This document shows, in pieces, positions 62,811 through 64,000 of a stretch of DNA of 64,000 bases. A model generated the notes under the pieces. That model worked only from the letters and a program-made list of their open reading frames with translations, searched no databases and had not been told where the DNA came from. A program made the position numbers and the translations under genes. The stretch comes from a virus: the IMG/VR virus record IMGVR_UViG_3300025929_000014, positions 1-64,000 of that record, one strand, 5' to 3'. The stretch's first letter is position 1; every line of letters begins with the position of its first letter.

Positions 62811-63698
62811 TTAGATGACTTCCTTGTAGGCGAAGAATGACGGTTTACCTTCCAGAGCAGTGGGCGCCTCAAGCCCCCAGGTGCGCAGCCGCCCCTGGCT
62901 TACGAAATCAAATAAACTGAACCAATGCGCGACCACCACCTGTGGGTACGCCGCTAGCTCGTGGTACATGGTGGCCAGGTTGGCGGCCTGCAGCGCTGTG
63001 CCGACAACGCCACTCTCCCAGCCCATCTCGGTGATGTAGATCGGCCTATCGGTAATGCTGGCGTAGTAGCCCATGTAATCGTGGAGCGTCTGTATGTTCA
63101 CCGGCTTCGCCGGGTCCAGATAGAAGTGGATGCCCACTCCATCGAGGGTAAGGGGATGCTGCATGATCTCCTCGATCCAGGTCACCTGCCGGATGTATTC
63201 GGCTGCCGAGTTGGCGTAGGTGTCCCCGCCGTAGCGGTCTGGATCCCAGGCGAAGACGCCCCCAGTAATCAGCTGGGCGTGCGGCACCGATGCCCTGCCG
63301 GCGACGTGTACGGCGTAGTAGAGTTTCGCGTAGCTCTGCGCCGAGAGCCGAAACTTGGAGCCGAGCGATGCGGGCTCGTTTAAGAACTCGAAAACCTGCA
63401 CACCCTGCATGCTGGCGGCCAGCAGCTCAAACTGCTGCACGTAATCCTCGACATACTGGCCGAACACCACGCTGTTGGTCGGCGCCTGCCATTGTGCGGG
63501 ACCAGCGCCGGGCACGATGGTGAGCGGCACCATGGCGGTGACGTTCTTTCCCCGACTCGTGAGCAGGTTGACGACGCCGGCATCATCGACGCTCTGTAGC
63601 TCCAGCCGGATATCTTTGGTGCCCAGGGCGTTCAGTGTGCCGAGCATGGACTCGGTAATGGAGCCCGGCAGATAGAGGACGACGCCTTTGCGTCTCAT
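62811..63698 (-). CDS. Clan GH-A glycoside hydrolase
   Basis: FLNEP (acid/base), GIHFY, IYITEMGW (nucleophile). Confidence 0.8.
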   Translation of the reverse strand: MRRKGVVLYLPGSITESMLGTLNALGTKDIRLELQSVDDAGVVNLLTSRGKNVTAMVPLTIVPGAGPAQWQAPTNSVVFGQYVEDYVQQFELLAASMQGVQVFEFLNEPASLGSKFRLSAQSYAKLYYAVHVAGRASVPHAQLITGGVFAWDPDRYGGDTYANSAAEYIRQVTWIEEIMQHPLTLDGVGIHFYLDPAKPVNIQTLHDYMGYYASITDRPIYITEMGWESGVVGTALQAANLATMYHELAAYPQVVVAHWFSLFDFVSQGRLRTWGLEAPTALEGKPSFFAYKEVI

Positions 63699-64000
63699 GC
63701 GTCGCTCTGGGCGTAGGTGGCAATAGGCAGCCAGCCATGCACGACGGACTCGCCTTGCAAGAGATGCACTTCGCCCCAGCGATCATCCGTCTTTTTGATG
63801 CGGCCGGTGGGCACGACCTGGGCGCCCAGCTCCAGATAGACCTTGTTATGGTGCGGGTCTATGGCGGCGTCACTGGTGTGCGCTGGGACCGCCTTGAGCA
63901 TGGCCGGTGTGACCATGCGGTAGATCTTGGGGACCACCACTGGCGGCGTCGTGCCGTAGGCCATATCCATCAGTTGCTGCGTGCCGGTGTTGAAGTCCAC
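63695..64000 (-). CDS. C-terminal part of a protein with an SH3-like cell-wall-binding domain (probably continues beyond the window)
   Basis: Pro linker TTPPVVVP, then ...WGEVH...VHGWLP. Confidence 0.45.
   Translation of the reverse strand: MDFNTGTQQLMDMAYGTTPPVVVPKIYRMVTPAMLKAVPAHTSDAAIDPHHNKVYLELGAQVVPTGRIKKTDDRWGEVHLLQGESVVHGWLPIATYAQSDA

Overview
About 64 kb of a high-GC temperate tailed phage. It appears to be in its free or excised form, because an intact attP is present. The host is not identifiable from the sequence. Left to right: (1) Head/packaging genes on the minus strand. These are a large unlisted HARP-SNF2 'polyvalent' protein running off the left edge, an extended 903-aa portal and TerL. 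(2) attP (3' half of tRNA-Lys(UUU) with 11-bp arm repeats), a tyrosine integrase, Xis and accessory genes that include two apparent truncated major-capsid paralogs. This block separates TerL from a TerS-like gene by about 8 kb. (3) A ~21-kb minus-strand array of small early genes punctuated by 17 copies of a promoter + 5' hairpin + SD cassette, with the upstream gene often ending at, or reading into, the conserved GAAWGTTG motif. A stand-alone sigma70 region-4 protein lies near the start of the array. (4) An iteron origin, Prim-Pol/SF3 helicase and a RuvC-like gene. (5) A plus-strand replication, recombination and nucleotide operon: HTH-PKD, beta-clamp-like, SNF2, HicA-like, Cas4-like, Sak4-like, SSB, dNMP kinase, HAD, UDG-PolA, RNA ligase, ThyX, Dam-like MTase and an Acb2/Tad1-like gene. 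(6) A convergent minus-strand hydrolase cluster (S8 protease, C1 protease, GH-A glycosidase, SH3-like) running off the right edge. All family calls come from motif recognition by eye; no searches were run.
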